Below are positions 49,471 to 62,124 of a DNA stretch of 64,000 nt, one piece after another. The notes under the pieces are model-generated. The model saw only the letters and a program-made list of their open reading frames with translations. It was not told the origin of the DNA and did no database searches. The stretch's first letter is position 1. Each line of letters starts with the position of its first letter. This DNA is from Mustelus asterias (Eukaryota), in NCBI RefSeq assembly GCF_964213995.1, contig NC_135830.1, forward strand, positions 17,794,001-17,858,000. Direction: 5' to 3'. The position numbers and the translations under genes were made by a program.

Positions 49471-50047
49471 GCATTATTTTCACAGAGTTTTGTTTTTGTC
49501 GCTGGATTTCCTGTTTATTCTCAATCCCTGTCATGCTGGGTTCCATATTCACAACATTCTCCAGATAAATAAATGAAATACTGCAGATATTGAACATCTG
49601 AATTAACAACAGAAAACACTGCAAATGCTCAGCAGATCTGGTAATGCCTGTGGAGATAGAGAAAAAAAACCATTTCTGATGTTGATCCTCCTCCATTCAG
49701 AAGTGAAAATATTTTTTTCTTGTTTATCCTGTCACCCATCTGACAGGCCACTATCAGATCATGTCAGCACTCATTCCCCAGAGAAAACATGTTCAGCCTG
49801 TTCAATCGCTTCTTGATTACATAGCCTGCCACACTATCGTGGACGAGTTTTGATAATGTTTCTGCTAAGCTTTGAACCCTCTGTATGTGAAATGACCTTG
49901 GTGCTCATGGCGCTACAGATATCCTGCGATGCAAAGAGACCAATGCATTTTAAAGAACGAAAGGGGAAGGTCTGTGATTGAGACCAAGGCATGATTAACT
50001 CACACAAGGAATTATGAAGAAATCAACTTTGAGCTGGCGATGGCAGT

Positions 50048-50302
50048 TCCCGGATGGTTTAGTATTTCAGAGTCAATGTTTTCACGACCATGGTATGGGC
50101 TTGATGATAGGTCACGAATAGGGAACTAAACAGAACATTTTTATGGGAAATCTGTCTGTGTGTGACGGACGAGAAGAAAGGCAATAGCTAAAGTAATGAT
50201 GGTAAGTTCATTGGCGTAGACGTTGTCAGCTTCCCTGTTGATCCATTGGTTAGAATTCGGAACTTTCATCACTGTAGCTTGGGTTCAATCCATGGCCAGA
50301 GA
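50048..50302 (+). pseudogene. Two decayed tRNA-Glu copies (about 50048-50118 and 50232-50302)
   Basis: tccctgttgatccattggttagaattcggaactTTCatcactgtagcttgggttcaatcc plus a more decayed upstream copy. Confidence 0.55.
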
Positions 50303-50548
50303 GCAACTATTTTGTGTTGCTGTGTGAACTGACAAATTTAAAGTGAATTCCTCATTCAGTTAAACTAGATCTGACAGCATCCGTGGAGTGGGAAACAGAG
50401 TGAATCTTCCAGCTGGATGATGCTTCATCAGAGCTGGAAAAATCAGAGATAAAACAGATGGGAAATAAGTCCTTGTCTGCGTTTCAAAGATATTATGAGA
50501 GAGTCGATGGGCTAGAAGTTCTATTCCTAACCCGTTGCGTTTCCTAGC

Positions 50549-50621
50549 CGTAGCGTGGCTGAGAAGTCAGATTTAGGCTGTAGTTTCTAAAGCAAGCGTG
50601 TGCTCAAATCCCACTACTGTC
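50549..50621 (+). pseudogene. tRNA-Leu (TAG)-like pseudogene
   Basis: gtagcgtggctgag...gattTAGgctgtagtt...gcgtgtgctcaaatcccactactgtc with a D-arm deletion. Confidence 0.55.
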
Positions 50622-51459
50622 CCAAGTTTCTGCTCCTTTGGCTGTTCAGCGATTGGCATCATAGTAAGAACAAAAACCGATGGTGCGTGCTGATTTCCGG
50701 GTGAACTCGTCAGGCCGAATGTTCCTCTTTGTTGCTGTAACTGTTCTATGATTTCGTTTGAGTGACACTAACTCATTAACTCGTTGACGAGCTGGCCAAG
50801 TGGTTTTGGTAATGGATCTGATATCCATTGTTCTTTTCACATGAAGATTTAAACATCGCCCACTGGGCTGCTCAACTTCCATTCTCTTCGGTGGGTCCAG
50901 AATTCGTTCAATAAAATCAAAACCTTCCAAACATTCAGGTCTATTTTTCCTGCTTCTCTCCCGCACTCCTTCATTTCCGTTCATCACAGAGAATTTACCA
51001 AAGCTCCAGCCGGAAATGTAAGTAAACTGAACCCAATTTGGTGACATCCTTGATTTATGTGTGTTTGCATTTCCTCAGGCCTCTGTCACTTTCGGTGTCA
51101 GCGTGTGTCCCTCTGTGTCCATCAATATGATTCAGTTCCCCGAGAGGGGAAACACGTTTTTATCATCTGCATTCACTTGTTTGATGACTCTTCATAGTCA
51201 ATGGTTCAGAAAATAAAAGATGTTTGAAAGTTGGGAGACAGATTGACACGTTCTGTTTTACTTTCGAGTGGCTGTTGCTTATTGACTCAGTGCCCACATG
51301 TTACACAGTGGAGGATTGTTGAAACTTTCACTGAGCAATATTTAAGCATACAGCGGATCCAGTCGGTGTGATGGTGTGTTCCAGTTCTACATATGCAATC
51401 ATACACTCAATTTACGTCAGTTAATGTTAACCCAATATTTCTAATAGTTTGGACTTATT

Positions 51460-51750
51460 CACGTATTTGATCCCAGGGATCGATCTAGTGAATTTTCTCT
51501 GTACTATTTTCAATGACAGGATATCCTTTAAGTGTGGATATCAAAACTGCACAGAATATTCCACACGTGGTCCCAGTAAAACCCTATATAGCTGCAGCAA
51601 CACTTCGCTATTCTTGTACTCCAGTCTGCCAGCAATCAAGGCAAAAATATAATTCCCCTTCCTAAATGTTTGCTGCACCTCAATTCTAGCTTTATGCATT
51701 CCATCTACAAATACACCTAAGATTCTTTGAATGTTAACACCAACGTTCCC
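51460..51750 (-). mobile_element. Old CR1 fragment
   Basis: 'ctagtgaattttctctgtac...caaaactgcacagaatattccacacgtggt'. Confidence 0.65.
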
Positions 51751-51909
51751 ACATTTTCAAAAATGTTCTGCTCTTTCTATTTTTACAAAAACGTGAATAT
51801 CTATTCACTTTCCAAAATTGAACCCGCTCTTAACTACGCAATAAAGCTGTATGTACGGCCTTCCAGTCTCGGTGCCTTGTCCCTGCAGGTCAGATGTTTT
51901 TTTAGCCTG

Positions 51910-51978
51910 AGGCTCCAGTGAGAACTCGCGAGCCCAGGCTTACAAAACCAACCATCTAATCACTGAGCTATGGAACCA
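51910..51978 (-). pseudogene. tRNA-Thr (TGT) pseudogene
   Basis: Minus strand ggttccatagctcagtgattagatggttggtttTGTaagcctgggctcgcgagttctcactggagcct. A truncated inverted paralogue lies at 25832-25854. Confidence 0.6.
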
Positions 51979-54243
51979 ATTGCCACTAAGAGCGGAGAGT
52001 GAGTGCATCATTATTAGTGAAGCGAAGAACAGGCTGGATTTTCAGGTGGGTGAAGTTTGATAGATGTGGAAATGTGAGATGGGGAACAGAGTTAAAAGAT
52101 GTCACTTGGTAGTGGCAGAGCTTTTCATGCGTGTCCGTTACTTTAACTGAAGAATGATTGCCATGTTATGCTTCTTCAGAGCACAACTCTGAAATTTCCA
52201 GCCCTGGTACAAGTTCATCCAGCTAGAAGATTGACCTTGTTACACCCTTCACGGACACTATGAGACCTGTTTTCATTTAACGAGGAAATAAACAAAAAGT
52301 TATTCACTCCATGGCTGAGAATCAAACCTGCTACACGTCACTGAAGCCATACCACTCGACCCCAAGAAAGCTGATGTGAGACATTGGAAATTAGATGGTC
52401 GTCACCACTGTACCTATTACTTCATTTCAAATAACATTCATGAAAATATTGTTACACTGACATTTTATCATCTTATAAACAATTGCATCAAAATGCGTTA
52501 TCTCAGTTTGTGTTCGCATTATTTCACTTCCTGGGACTGAGCAATTTCCATCTTCGAAATGCGCTGTTCAGTTAACCGTTTGTCATCAATCCCGGGCCCT
52601 GGCGTTGAAACAATTGACTCTCAAACATTGAACCACCAGGGCTCCACTATCACCTGCTCAACGTTGCCATGTCTATCATTCCTTGTGTCAGTTAATCCAT
52701 CCTGTCTTGCTCTTTATCCGAGACATCCTTTGTGTTCTTTTTTTTACCGCGTGGTTCCTGACATTATAATCATAAAATGCTGGAAATACTCAGCAGATCA
52801 GTTTTTTTGTGTGAAAAACGAGAATAATTCTGACATTAAAAACATTCTGAAAAGTCCCTGCCCCGTTTCGACGCTGAAACCTTTCGCGTGTGAGGAGAAT
52901 GTGATAACCACCATCCCACAGAAAAATGACGATGTGCGAAATGGAAGCAGATCTGGCTTTCCGGAGGAGCAACTAAACTGCTTCTGCAAGCCCTTGAAAT
53001 CCTCACATCAATTTACATTTGCATTGCTTCTGCTGGTTCCTTCTGTCACAATGAATAATTATGCATTCCTGTTTAAAGTCAGCAGGATAACTGACAGAGG
53101 TGGGATTCGATCCCATTCCTCCACAGATATCGTTTCCCTAAATTCAATAGTTTCAATTCCTCATGATCGCTAACAGTGCAAAAGGTGGTTGTCATCTCTG
53201 GCATTGCAGTGAACAGAATAAATGGAGCAGCGTTAAGTCAAATGTCCAACTGAGCATCCTCCACCACTTAGTAAAATGTTGGCAGATCCCCAGACTCAAC
53301 ATAAATTACCCACCCTATCTCGAAAGCCCTTAATTCCCTTAGATTCCAAAATACACTCTATCTCAGATCGAATAAGTATCTCATTGCCTCTATCCTAAAT
53401 GGCTGACACATGAGCAGGCATTTTGTAAAGTCTCATTCAAAATTTGGAGAAGTGCAAATATCACATGGCTGTGAGATAATGTAGTCCCTCAATATTTAAT
53501 AACAAACGGGAATGAGACAACTTTTCCTCACACTGAGAGTTGACTGATTTTTAATAATAATAATGTCTTGCAGTTTTCGAAAGGTGAATGCAATAACCGC
53601 CACCTTCAGAAACAAATTACAAATGAAAGCGGCAGAAATTGATGTGTGCCAGTTACTTTCAGCGATGGATATCTGTTGCGTCTTTCTTTGTAAATTTCAC
53701 AGAATCAGCAGAAGTGAGAGTGGTGGCTCCTGAAAATTGGAAGTTACAGATGAACAGCTTGTGGGGCTATTTCACCTCACTATCGATTTCATGTTACAGA
53801 TAACAGCAATAGCTATTTTCATTGTCTGGAAAATCATTTGTGTTCTAATTAAATGTGTCAAGTTACCTCTGATGAGAACATAAGTAAATGAAATTAAAAG
53901 GGAATGTTTTCACGGTTACGACAGAATAATTATGTACCTATCTGGTGAGATTGAGGATTGATGGGAAGCGGACAGGAAAGGATTTGAACTTCAGTTGGAA
54001 AATCCCAAAGCATCAGTGGGCCGGTTTTCAATCTTTTCTTTATACTGGCAGACAGTCATTCAGCCTATGTTTCTTTGTGTGCTCTTTAAAGGAAAAATCC
54101 ATTCCTCCCGCACACGTTCCTTTCCCCTAACGGCTGGGACTGTCTCGCCTCGTTCTTCCTGCCAGAAACGACACCGCTCACACTCTTTCATTCAAGATGA
54201 GCTGTCAGACTTTAGATGGAAGGACCAAAACCCAAATTAATTC

Positions 54244-54312
54244 TGGCAGCGGTGGGATTTAAGCCCAGGTCTCCGCTGTGATTGGAACCTTAGACCGCTC
54301 GGCCTCGCGTAC
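54244..54312 (-). pseudogene. tRNA-Leu pseudogene with internal deletion
   Basis: Minus strand gcgaggccgagcggtctaagg...gggcttaaatcccaccgctgcca. Confidence 0.65.
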
Positions 54313-54599
54313 AGACGTTGTAATCATGTAATTTACTGATATAGTTAGTGAAATAATATAGAAGGAATGGAGATGGGAACGGCCAGCAGAAATCTCCAAC
54401 CTAATTTTTCATTGAATCTGGTCATCCTGAAATGTGTAACAAACAGAAATCATCTCCAGTCAGAAAAACAATGAGCTGCATTTAAGGGTCGGCAACATTT
54501 AAACTGTCCTCAAGCTCGTCTGGTTCCCAATCTCCTTCCAGAAATAACAACAAAACTGTCTGCTGAATTTGCTCTGGGTCTTTACTTCAGAAAGGACAG

Positions 54600-54880
54600 G
54601 GCACAAGGCGAGACTGACATTTCTATGCATTTCCAGGAAATAACTTATTTGGTTTCACGGTTTGGACGAGAGCAGCAAATCTTCATTTTCTGATCTGCAA
54701 TCAAAAGAGCAGTATCCAACTCTAACCACCAAATTACAGCGTGTTTTACAATTTGCTTCATCCACGCTCCTTTTGTTATTGCAATTTTCACTCCAGACCA
54801 CTTTCACCACAAACAAGATTCTCCTGCAAAATGGCACGTTCTGATTCACTCCCAATGATGTGTCCAGCCAATGACAACAT
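54600..54880 (+). mobile_element. Possible decayed hAT C-terminal (dimerisation) fragment
   Basis: KEQYPTLTTKLQRVLQFASSTLL loosely resembles the hAT motif EYPxL...FxSTYLCE. Confidence 0.35.
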
Positions 54881-55511
54881 GCCACAAATACTCCACGACT
54901 GTTATCACTTTCGCTTCCGACGGTTCAAACCGCACTGAAATATTTCGAAAGGTTTTACATTGAAGAGTGAGGGATAAGTTTCATAATTCAGTGCCAGTGT
55001 TCATGGCAAAATCTGCCCATTGCCATCCAGATTTTTCCTTATATCACCAGCTCTATTGGCAGCGTTTTGCAGCCCATTACTGTCCTTCTCTTTCAGTGTT
55101 TTTCCATGAATATTTGCACTTGTGATATTTCCAATGAAGTGAACTTGAAAATATCACTCGACTGAATTTAATAGCTCCGCGTCCGATCAGAGAGTAAATC
55201 GGATTATTTCTAACAGTTTTGCCAGAGCAGTAATTATTTTCCTGAGAGAAAATTGAACCCAAACCTCACTCGCATAGTGCAGAACACAAACCACTGGACT
55301 CAGGGCAACTAGTGAACTTAGTTTCTCAAACCGATTGACCTCATATTCCTTTGCTCATTATTTTCATCTCAGATTTGTTTTACCATCGACAAGTTGCGCC
55401 TTCAAAATCTCCTGTTTGGATGGTACATAAGTGCCTCCTTCAGCCAATGACAACACGGATTGAGTTCGCTGCATCATGAAATTGACAGTGAGGTGAAATA
55501 GTCCCACAAGA

Positions 55512-55885
55512 TGCTGAAGTTTAGAAGGATGAGAGGAGATCTGACCGAGGCAATAAAATTCTAAAAGGGATTGATCGATTAAACGTAAACCATCCCGAAC
55601 AAGCGGTGGATTTAAAAGTGAGATGAGGAGGGATTACTTCTCGCAGAGTGTGGTGAATTGGTGGACCTCGTTGCCCCATAGCACGGTGGAGTCTGAATCG
55701 CTGGATGATTTCAATAAGGAGATAGATATATTTCCAACTTAAAAAACTAATTAAAGAGATATGGAAAACAAGCGGGGAGGTGGGTTTCGGACCACGGAGA
55801 GATCAACCATGATCTGATTGGATGGTGGAGCAGGATTGAAAGGCTGATTTTGCCTATATCCGCTCCCAATTCCTATGTTCCTTTG
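55512..55885 (+). mobile_element. Old CR1 3' fragment
   Basis: 'agtttagaaggatgagaggagatctg...ttctcgcagagtgtggtgaatt...ttcctatgttcct'. Confidence 0.7.
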
Positions 55886-56320
55886 ATCCTAAGTATAACA
55901 TTCAATTTTCAACACCCACCAACCTCATCACTGTGGTTCCATTGCAATCTATGTACATTCATCGGTTCCCTTTTATCCACAACACATGTGAGTCCTATGA
56001 AGATCTTCTAATAGCCTCATTCTGTCGTGTGACAATCTGTTATTTTCTGTTTCCCTCATTTATTCTCTCCTGACTTCAACCCCACTAGATGTTGCATGTT
56101 TTCTCCCTGCTGGATTTCACTTGTTTTAAACTTATTACGTTTCTAAACTTTCCCAGTGTCATTGAAAGGTCATGGAGTTGAAAGATGAGCTTTGTTCCCC
56201 TGTGCACACACGCTGTCTGACTTCCTGAGTTTTTACAGCATTATCATTTTTCAGTGTAGATATCTGATCCGCTTTGGATGGTAGTGAAAAAATGTTTATT
56301 TGCCATGCTTCCTTAACGAT

Positions 56321-56391
56321 GGCTTATTGGTCTCCGGGCATGGTTCTCGCGTTGGATGTTGTAAATCCCGGTTCAAAACCCGGGCATATCC
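56321..56391 (+). pseudogene. tRNA-Pro (TGG) pseudogene
   Basis: ggcttattggtctccgggcatggttctcgcgtTGGatgttgtaaatcccggttcaaaacccgggcatatcc resembles vertebrate tRNA-Pro. Confidence 0.55.
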
Positions 56392-56922
56392 TTGATTTGC
56401 AATGGGAGTTAGTGGCTTCCGTTAGTTTATTTCCCGTGACATGGTGGAATTGGTTTATATGGAGCATGGTTTGAGAAACTGAGCACACATTGCAAGGCTT
56501 CTGTGAGCACAACACACTCATAGAGGATCCAGACATTTTCAAAAGGTGACAATGCTACCGGACATTCACTTAATCCTTATTCACCCATTCAGAGGGCCCC
56601 ATGCTTGTGGGTTCAGGCAGCCGTTGTGTGTATATTGCGTTCTGGGTGTCTGCCCTACTCTGTGTCCCTCTCTGTCTCTTTTTGTCACTGTATACATGTC
56701 TCAGACTCTTTAGCGCCCTGCCTCTCTGTCTGTGCATCGATCACGCTTCCCTCCTTTTCTCTTGGCTCCCTCTACTTTCTCGCTCTCTGTGTTTAAGCAA
56801 GATTCACTGGATTTAATCCTGTGATGAGGCGGTTGCCCTGGGAGGAGAGATTCAGTGTCATGAGTCTGTTTTCTCTGTAGATTAGAATAATGAGAGGAGA
56901 TTAGATTCAAAAGTCTGAAAAT

Positions 56923-57065
56923 AAGAACATAAGAACTAGGAGCAGGAGTAGGCCGTCTGGCCCCTCAAGCCTGTTCCACCATTCAATAAGATCATGGCTG
57001 CTCTTTTTGTGGACTCAGCTCCACTTACCCGCCCGCTCACCATAACCCTTAATTCCTTTACTGTT
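56923..57065 (-). mobile_element. CR1 3' terminal fragment
   Basis: 'aagaacataagaactaggagcaggagtaggcc', the same end type as at 1688. Confidence 0.85.
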
Positions 57066-57367
57066 TAATGGGGAGACAGTTTGGCTTCGAAAATACTGAG
57101 ACGCTGTTTTCCACCTTGTTTGAGTATTTATATCAAAAATATTGAGGTGAAGATGCAAGAGGAGTTGCAATTCTTGGAAGGAGGTGCAGTTAAGGAGTGG
57201 AATTTGTGAATGAAGCTATTGATGATTGAGAGGAATGCATTCTAACCTAAGAGATTCTGTTGGTTTATCAATTATGAACATGGTAATCAGATGAAGCTGA
57301 GACACCAAATGGAGAAGCCACATTTGTCTCATGCATTTTAGGATATGGACTGCCAGCTCCCATATTT

Positions 57368-57440
57368 GCTCGTCTGGCTCAGTTCGTCGAGCATAAGACT
57401 CCTAATCGCAGCGTCTTGAGTTCGAACCCCACGTTGGGCG
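57368..57440 (+). pseudogene. tRNA-Lys(CTT)-derived pseudogene, anticodon now CCT
   Basis: gctcgtctggctcagttcgtcgagcataagactCCTaatcgcagcgtcttgagttcgaaccccacgttgggcg followed by a T-run; several stem mismatches. Confidence 0.7.
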
Positions 57441-57544
57441 CTGTTGTTTTTTTGCTCCTTTCCTGGGTGAAGTCCAGCTCTTCATTCCACCGGCAGTGTC
57501 CCCGCTCAAACTGAATCTTTCCACATCCCACTTTGTTTTAACAT

Positions 57545-57800
57545 TTATTTGTTAGTCATAAGTAGGGTTTGCATTAGCACTGCAATGAAATTACTGTGAA
57601 ATTCCCCAAGTTGCCACATTCCAGCGCCTGTTCGGGTCAATGCACCAAAGTAGCGCATCTTTCAAACTGTGGGACGAAACCCACTCAGGCACGGGGAGAC
57701 GTGCAAACTCCACACAGAGAGTGACCCAAGCCGGGAATCGAGCCTGGGTCCCTGCCGCTGTGAGACAGCAATGATAACCACTGTGCCAACGTGCCGCCCT
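57545..57800 (-). mobile_element. SINE (HE1-like head and core, alternative tail)
   Basis: Minus-strand head gggcggcacgttggcacagtggttatcattgctgtctcacagcggcagggac. Confidence 0.8.
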
Positions 57801-59449
57801 ATTAATCTCATAGTTACTGCTTTCTGAGTAAAAGCTATCTCTGCTTCCCTGGCAGTCAAAGAGTTTAGTGCTTAACTCAGTGAGAAGTTATCTTCTCATT
57901 TTGTGCGAGATTTGAACCAAGATCTGGGAGATTGTGTCAGTGGAAAGAATAATCATCCCCATTGTCATTCAATCACTCCAGTTTTACATCCTTTCACAAG
58001 GACATAAATAGAGATCTCGCCCACATATTTTCCATCACTCTGTATTTGTTCGTAAACTATTAAATATGTAACTTCTTCCAGTTTGGATAAAATGTCAGTG
58101 ACCCGAAACATTCACTTTGTTTCCCTTTTCATAGGCGCTGGTTGATCTGCTGGGTGTTTCCAAAGATTTCGGTTTTGAGGTGGGATTTGTAGTAACTTCT
58201 GTGTTTTTTTTTCTAGTTCAATTTGGATTTGTTTCCTTTGACTGAAGTTTACCGACTTACATAGTTAAAGGGCTGAGATTTCAAATAATAAGATACAAGG
58301 ATGTGCCACAATATTTGACATGAAATGAAACAAACTGAGGATCAATCATTTAAAAAGTGTTACTAATTCAATATATATTTTTCAGGGGGTCCACCTACGG
58401 GTGCCATTCACTCACTCATGTGTCCCAATTTAAACAAGGGGTGGGATGGCTTGAGTCCAAATTGCGAAGCGTTGCGCCATGGAAATGACAGCACTCTGAC
58501 CTATGACACTAGGCCTTTCTCCCAAAACACACACACACACACACTTGCTCAATAATTGTCAATCTCCAGTCGAATGGTTGGTGTTGTGTGATACCAACTG
58601 CTCCTTTCTTTCAACAGATGATTTAAAGAGCAGCGAAAGATGAAATTGAAAAAAAACATTGCTGATGCAGGCATCTCTCGCCAGAGACTCAGAAAAGGGC
58701 AATGTAATAGAAGTTGAAGTGGCTGACAAATTCCACCACCCCCCGCCCCCCTCCCCCCTCGCTACACCGCTATTCCTGCTTTGTAAGGAATTTAAACAAA
58801 AGTTCCTTCGACAAATCAATCCACAACAATGGCAAATAAGAGAAAGGAGCCACCTAAATTTAGACGCGGTTTGCTGGGTTCAGAGTGCTCACCATTAGAC
58901 CAGATAACCTGCAACAAAGCAGCCGGCTGCAAATGGTCACTCAAATCATTTGACCCACTTGCTGTTGCTGCCACAGTGAATGAAGAGGTCACATGCTTTG
59001 AGTGACCATTTGCGTCAGGCGGCTCTGTTCCTGTTTTTGTGCTGTGATGGTGAGCACCCTGGACTTCGAATGCAGTAATCGGAGTTCAGAACTTGGTGAA
59101 AGATTGTTTTTCTTTTGCTAAAGCAGATAATGGTTTCGCTGAAGGGAATTTAATTTTAAAATCTCAGAAAGTGGAAATTTCAGCAAATTCCACCGCAATC
59201 ACATTGCAGATGTTGCAGCGAATGATTCTCCTGGCGTCATTGCATCAACCCCAGAGAAGGATTGCTCAAGAACACAAAGCGCTGAGAGGCAGGGAAGCTA
59301 CAGTGGGCATTGTGTCCACCTAGAGGTGTAATTCACTTTGTTATCTGTGTCAATTTAAACAAAAGTTAGGAGGTGAGAGGCCAGAGTGCGACACGTTATC
59401 CGTGGAATCAACAGCACTCTGACGGAAGACAGTAGACTTTTATCCCAAA

Positions 59450-59471
59450 ACACACACACACACACCCACAC

Positions 59472-59523
<52 letters not shown>

Positions 59524-59550
59524 CACACACACGCTCAGGCACACACACTT
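59450..59550. repeat. Compound (CA)n/(CT)n microsatellite
   Basis: Visible directly; homologous to the tracts at 17797-17855, 19183-19245 and 58528-58545. Confidence 0.85.
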
Positions 59551-59800
59551 GCTCAATAATTGTCAGACTCCAGTCGAATTGTTTTTGTGTGACGCAAACC
59601 GCTTCTTTTTTCAACAGAGGAGTTAAAGAACAGCGAAAAGATGAAAAACACGAACGTTGCAGGGATCTGGCGCCTGAGGCTCAGCAATGTGCATTGTAAT
59701 AGCAGTTGAACTCGCTGACAAATTGTCCTCTCTATTCGTGAGAAATTGAAACGAAACGCCCTTCAGCAAACCAATCACCTGCCTTGAGCAAATTAAAGCA

Positions 59801-59872
59801 GGGCTCCGCCGAGATTTGAACACGAATTGCAGGATTCAAAGTCCAGAGTACTCACCATTACACCACGAAACC
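59801..59872 (-). pseudogene. tRNA-Gln (TTG), diverged paralogue of 18850-18921
   Basis: Minus strand ggtttcgtggtgtaatggtgagtactctggactTTGaatcctgcaattcgtgttcaaatctcggcggagccc, with stem mismatches. Confidence 0.75.
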
Positions 59873-59949
59873 CAACTCACGACAGCTGTCTGAAAATCGT
59901 CGCTCAATACTTGTGCCAATTTGAACAGCAGGGAGAAATATCAGTCCCA

Positions 59950-60970
59950 AAGACAAAGACAAAGACAAAGAACAGTATAGCACAGGAAACAGGCCCAGCG
60001 GCACTCCAAGCCTGTGCCACTCCTTGGTCCAACTAGACCAATCGTTTGTATCCCTCCATTCCCCGGCTGCTCATGTGACTATCCAGGTAACTCTTAAACG
60101 ATGTCTGCCTCCACCACCCTACTTGGCAGAGCATTCCAGGCTCCCACCACCCTCCGTGTAAAAAACATCCCTCTAATATCTGAGTCATACTTCGCCCCTC
60201 TCACCTTGAGCCCGTGACCCCTCGTGATCGTCACTTCTGATCTGGGAAAAAGCTTCCCACCGTTCACCCTATCTATCCCCTTCATAATCTTGAACACCTC
60301 TATTAGATCTCCCCTCATTCTCCGTCTTTCCAGGGAGAACAACCCCAGTTTACCCAATCTCTCCTCATAGCTAAGACCCTCTATACCAGGCAACATCCTG
60401 GTAAACCTTCTCTGCACTCTCTAACTCCTCCACGACCTTCTGGTAGTGCGGCGACCAGAACTGGTCGCAGTACTCCAAATGTGGCCTAACCAGCGTTCTA
60501 TACAGCTGCATCATCAGACTCCAGCTTTTATACTCTATACCCCGTCCTATAAAGGCAAGCATACCATATGCCTTCTTCACCACCTTCTCCACTTGTGCTG
60601 CCACCTCAAGGATTTGTGGACTTGCACACCTAGGTCCCTCTGCGTTTCAATACTCTTGATGGCTCTGCCATTTATTGTATAACTCCTCCCTACATTATTT
60701 CTTCCAAAATGCATCACTTCGCATTTATCCAGATTAAATTCCATCTGCCACATCTCCGCCCAATTTTCCAGCCTATCTATATCCTGCTGTATTGCCCGAC
60801 AATGCTCATCGCTATCCACAAGTCCAGCCATCTTCGTGTCATCCGCAAACTTGCTGATAACCCCAGTTACACCTTCTTCCAAATCATTTATATATATCAC
60901 AAATAGCTGAGGTCCCAGTACAGAGCCCTGCGGAACACCACTGCTCACAGACCTCCAGCTGGAAAAAGAC
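59950..60970 (-). mobile_element. CR1 LINE 3' 1 kb, same subfamily as 22512-24000, present only in the right duplication arm
   Basis: [10 protein letters not shown]...KFADDTK...LEYCDQFWSP with frameshifts. The flanks rejoin as in 18765-18800 with a ccca overlap. Confidence 0.92.
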
Positions 60971-62050
60971 CCATTGCATCATCCCGTCAATTACCTACAC
61001 CAATTCATATTTATATTGCCCTTGATGGATCCTCCGATTAAAATGAGTAGGCTACCTTCTACTGCATTAAATTTCTCTGCTGCTGATCACATTCAAAGAG
61101 CAATGTTAGCATCGAACAGATATCAACCTTATTGTGGTAACTTTACTGAACATCAGCTTATCAGAGCTCTGCTTTCATCACACTGGAAGCCAATGTGAAA
61201 ATATGAAGAATTTCAAATCTTAATAGACATAAAGGAGTGTGTGACTGTGGACAATTGGCGCTGTGCATACTCCTGTAATCAGTCTCTAGGAAAATCAGGC
61301 AGATGGGATCCTGCTGGTCTCGTGGTTAGGATTCGGCCCTTTCAGGGTCGCAGGCTGCGTTCGATATATTAAGACTTAATGATTTTGATAAACAAACCAG
61401 CAATAGTTCCTGGTCCAAAGCAGCTCTGCCAGAATCGGTGGAGTGAGATTTGCATTTTTGCTTCCGAGTTGGAAATGTCACACCTGCAACAGGTCAAGAC
61501 AAACACAGATAGTGAAAGACAGTGATATGATGCAAAATGCTGCCGATAGAGATGGGGAGACAAGGGAACATCTGGGTGGTAATGGGTCAGATTTAACCGT
61601 TTGCATTGACACAAATATCACTCATTTCTGGATAACATTCTCGGGCTAAATGACAAGAAAACCTCTCCATGAATGAAACACTAAACTGTGACTTCGACTG
61701 ATTGCAAGCAGTTTTCATTCAGAAAGCAGTAATTGTGAAGTTTAGAAAGCGGGATGGAGAAAGGCTCAGTTTGAGAGGTGACACTGCGGGAGGAATGGAG
61801 AGCTGGAGTACACTGAGAAAAGCAGCAAAGTTTAAAAATAACCGGAACCAACCAATGTTGCCCTTGACCGTTATTCCTTGTGTCAGCTAATCCATCCTGT
61901 CTTGCTCACTATCACAGACCTTCCCTTTTATATTCTTTACTGAGTTATTTCCGCTGTAAATGCCGTAGAAAGCTCAATAGTTCAATTTATGTTTCGTGAT
62001 AAACGAGAATAACTGTAATCCGAACCATTTTGAAACAAAGCCATCTGGAA

Positions 62051-62124
62051 ATGCTTCGATCTGGATTCGAACCGTGGACTTTCTAGGTGCAAGGCGAGCG
62101 TGATAACCAATACACTACAGGAAC
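62051..62124 (-). pseudogene. tRNA-Val-derived pseudogene (anticodon reads TGC)
   Basis: Minus strand gttcctgtagtgtattggttatcacgctcgcctTGCacctagaaagtccacggttcgaatcc; positional counterpart of 16629-16701. Confidence 0.65.

Noticed and set aside
50646-53173. 133-aa (50646-51047) and 204-aa (52559-53173) ORFs
   Set aside because: No motif recognised; the longer ORF runs through repeat fragments and tRNA relics.
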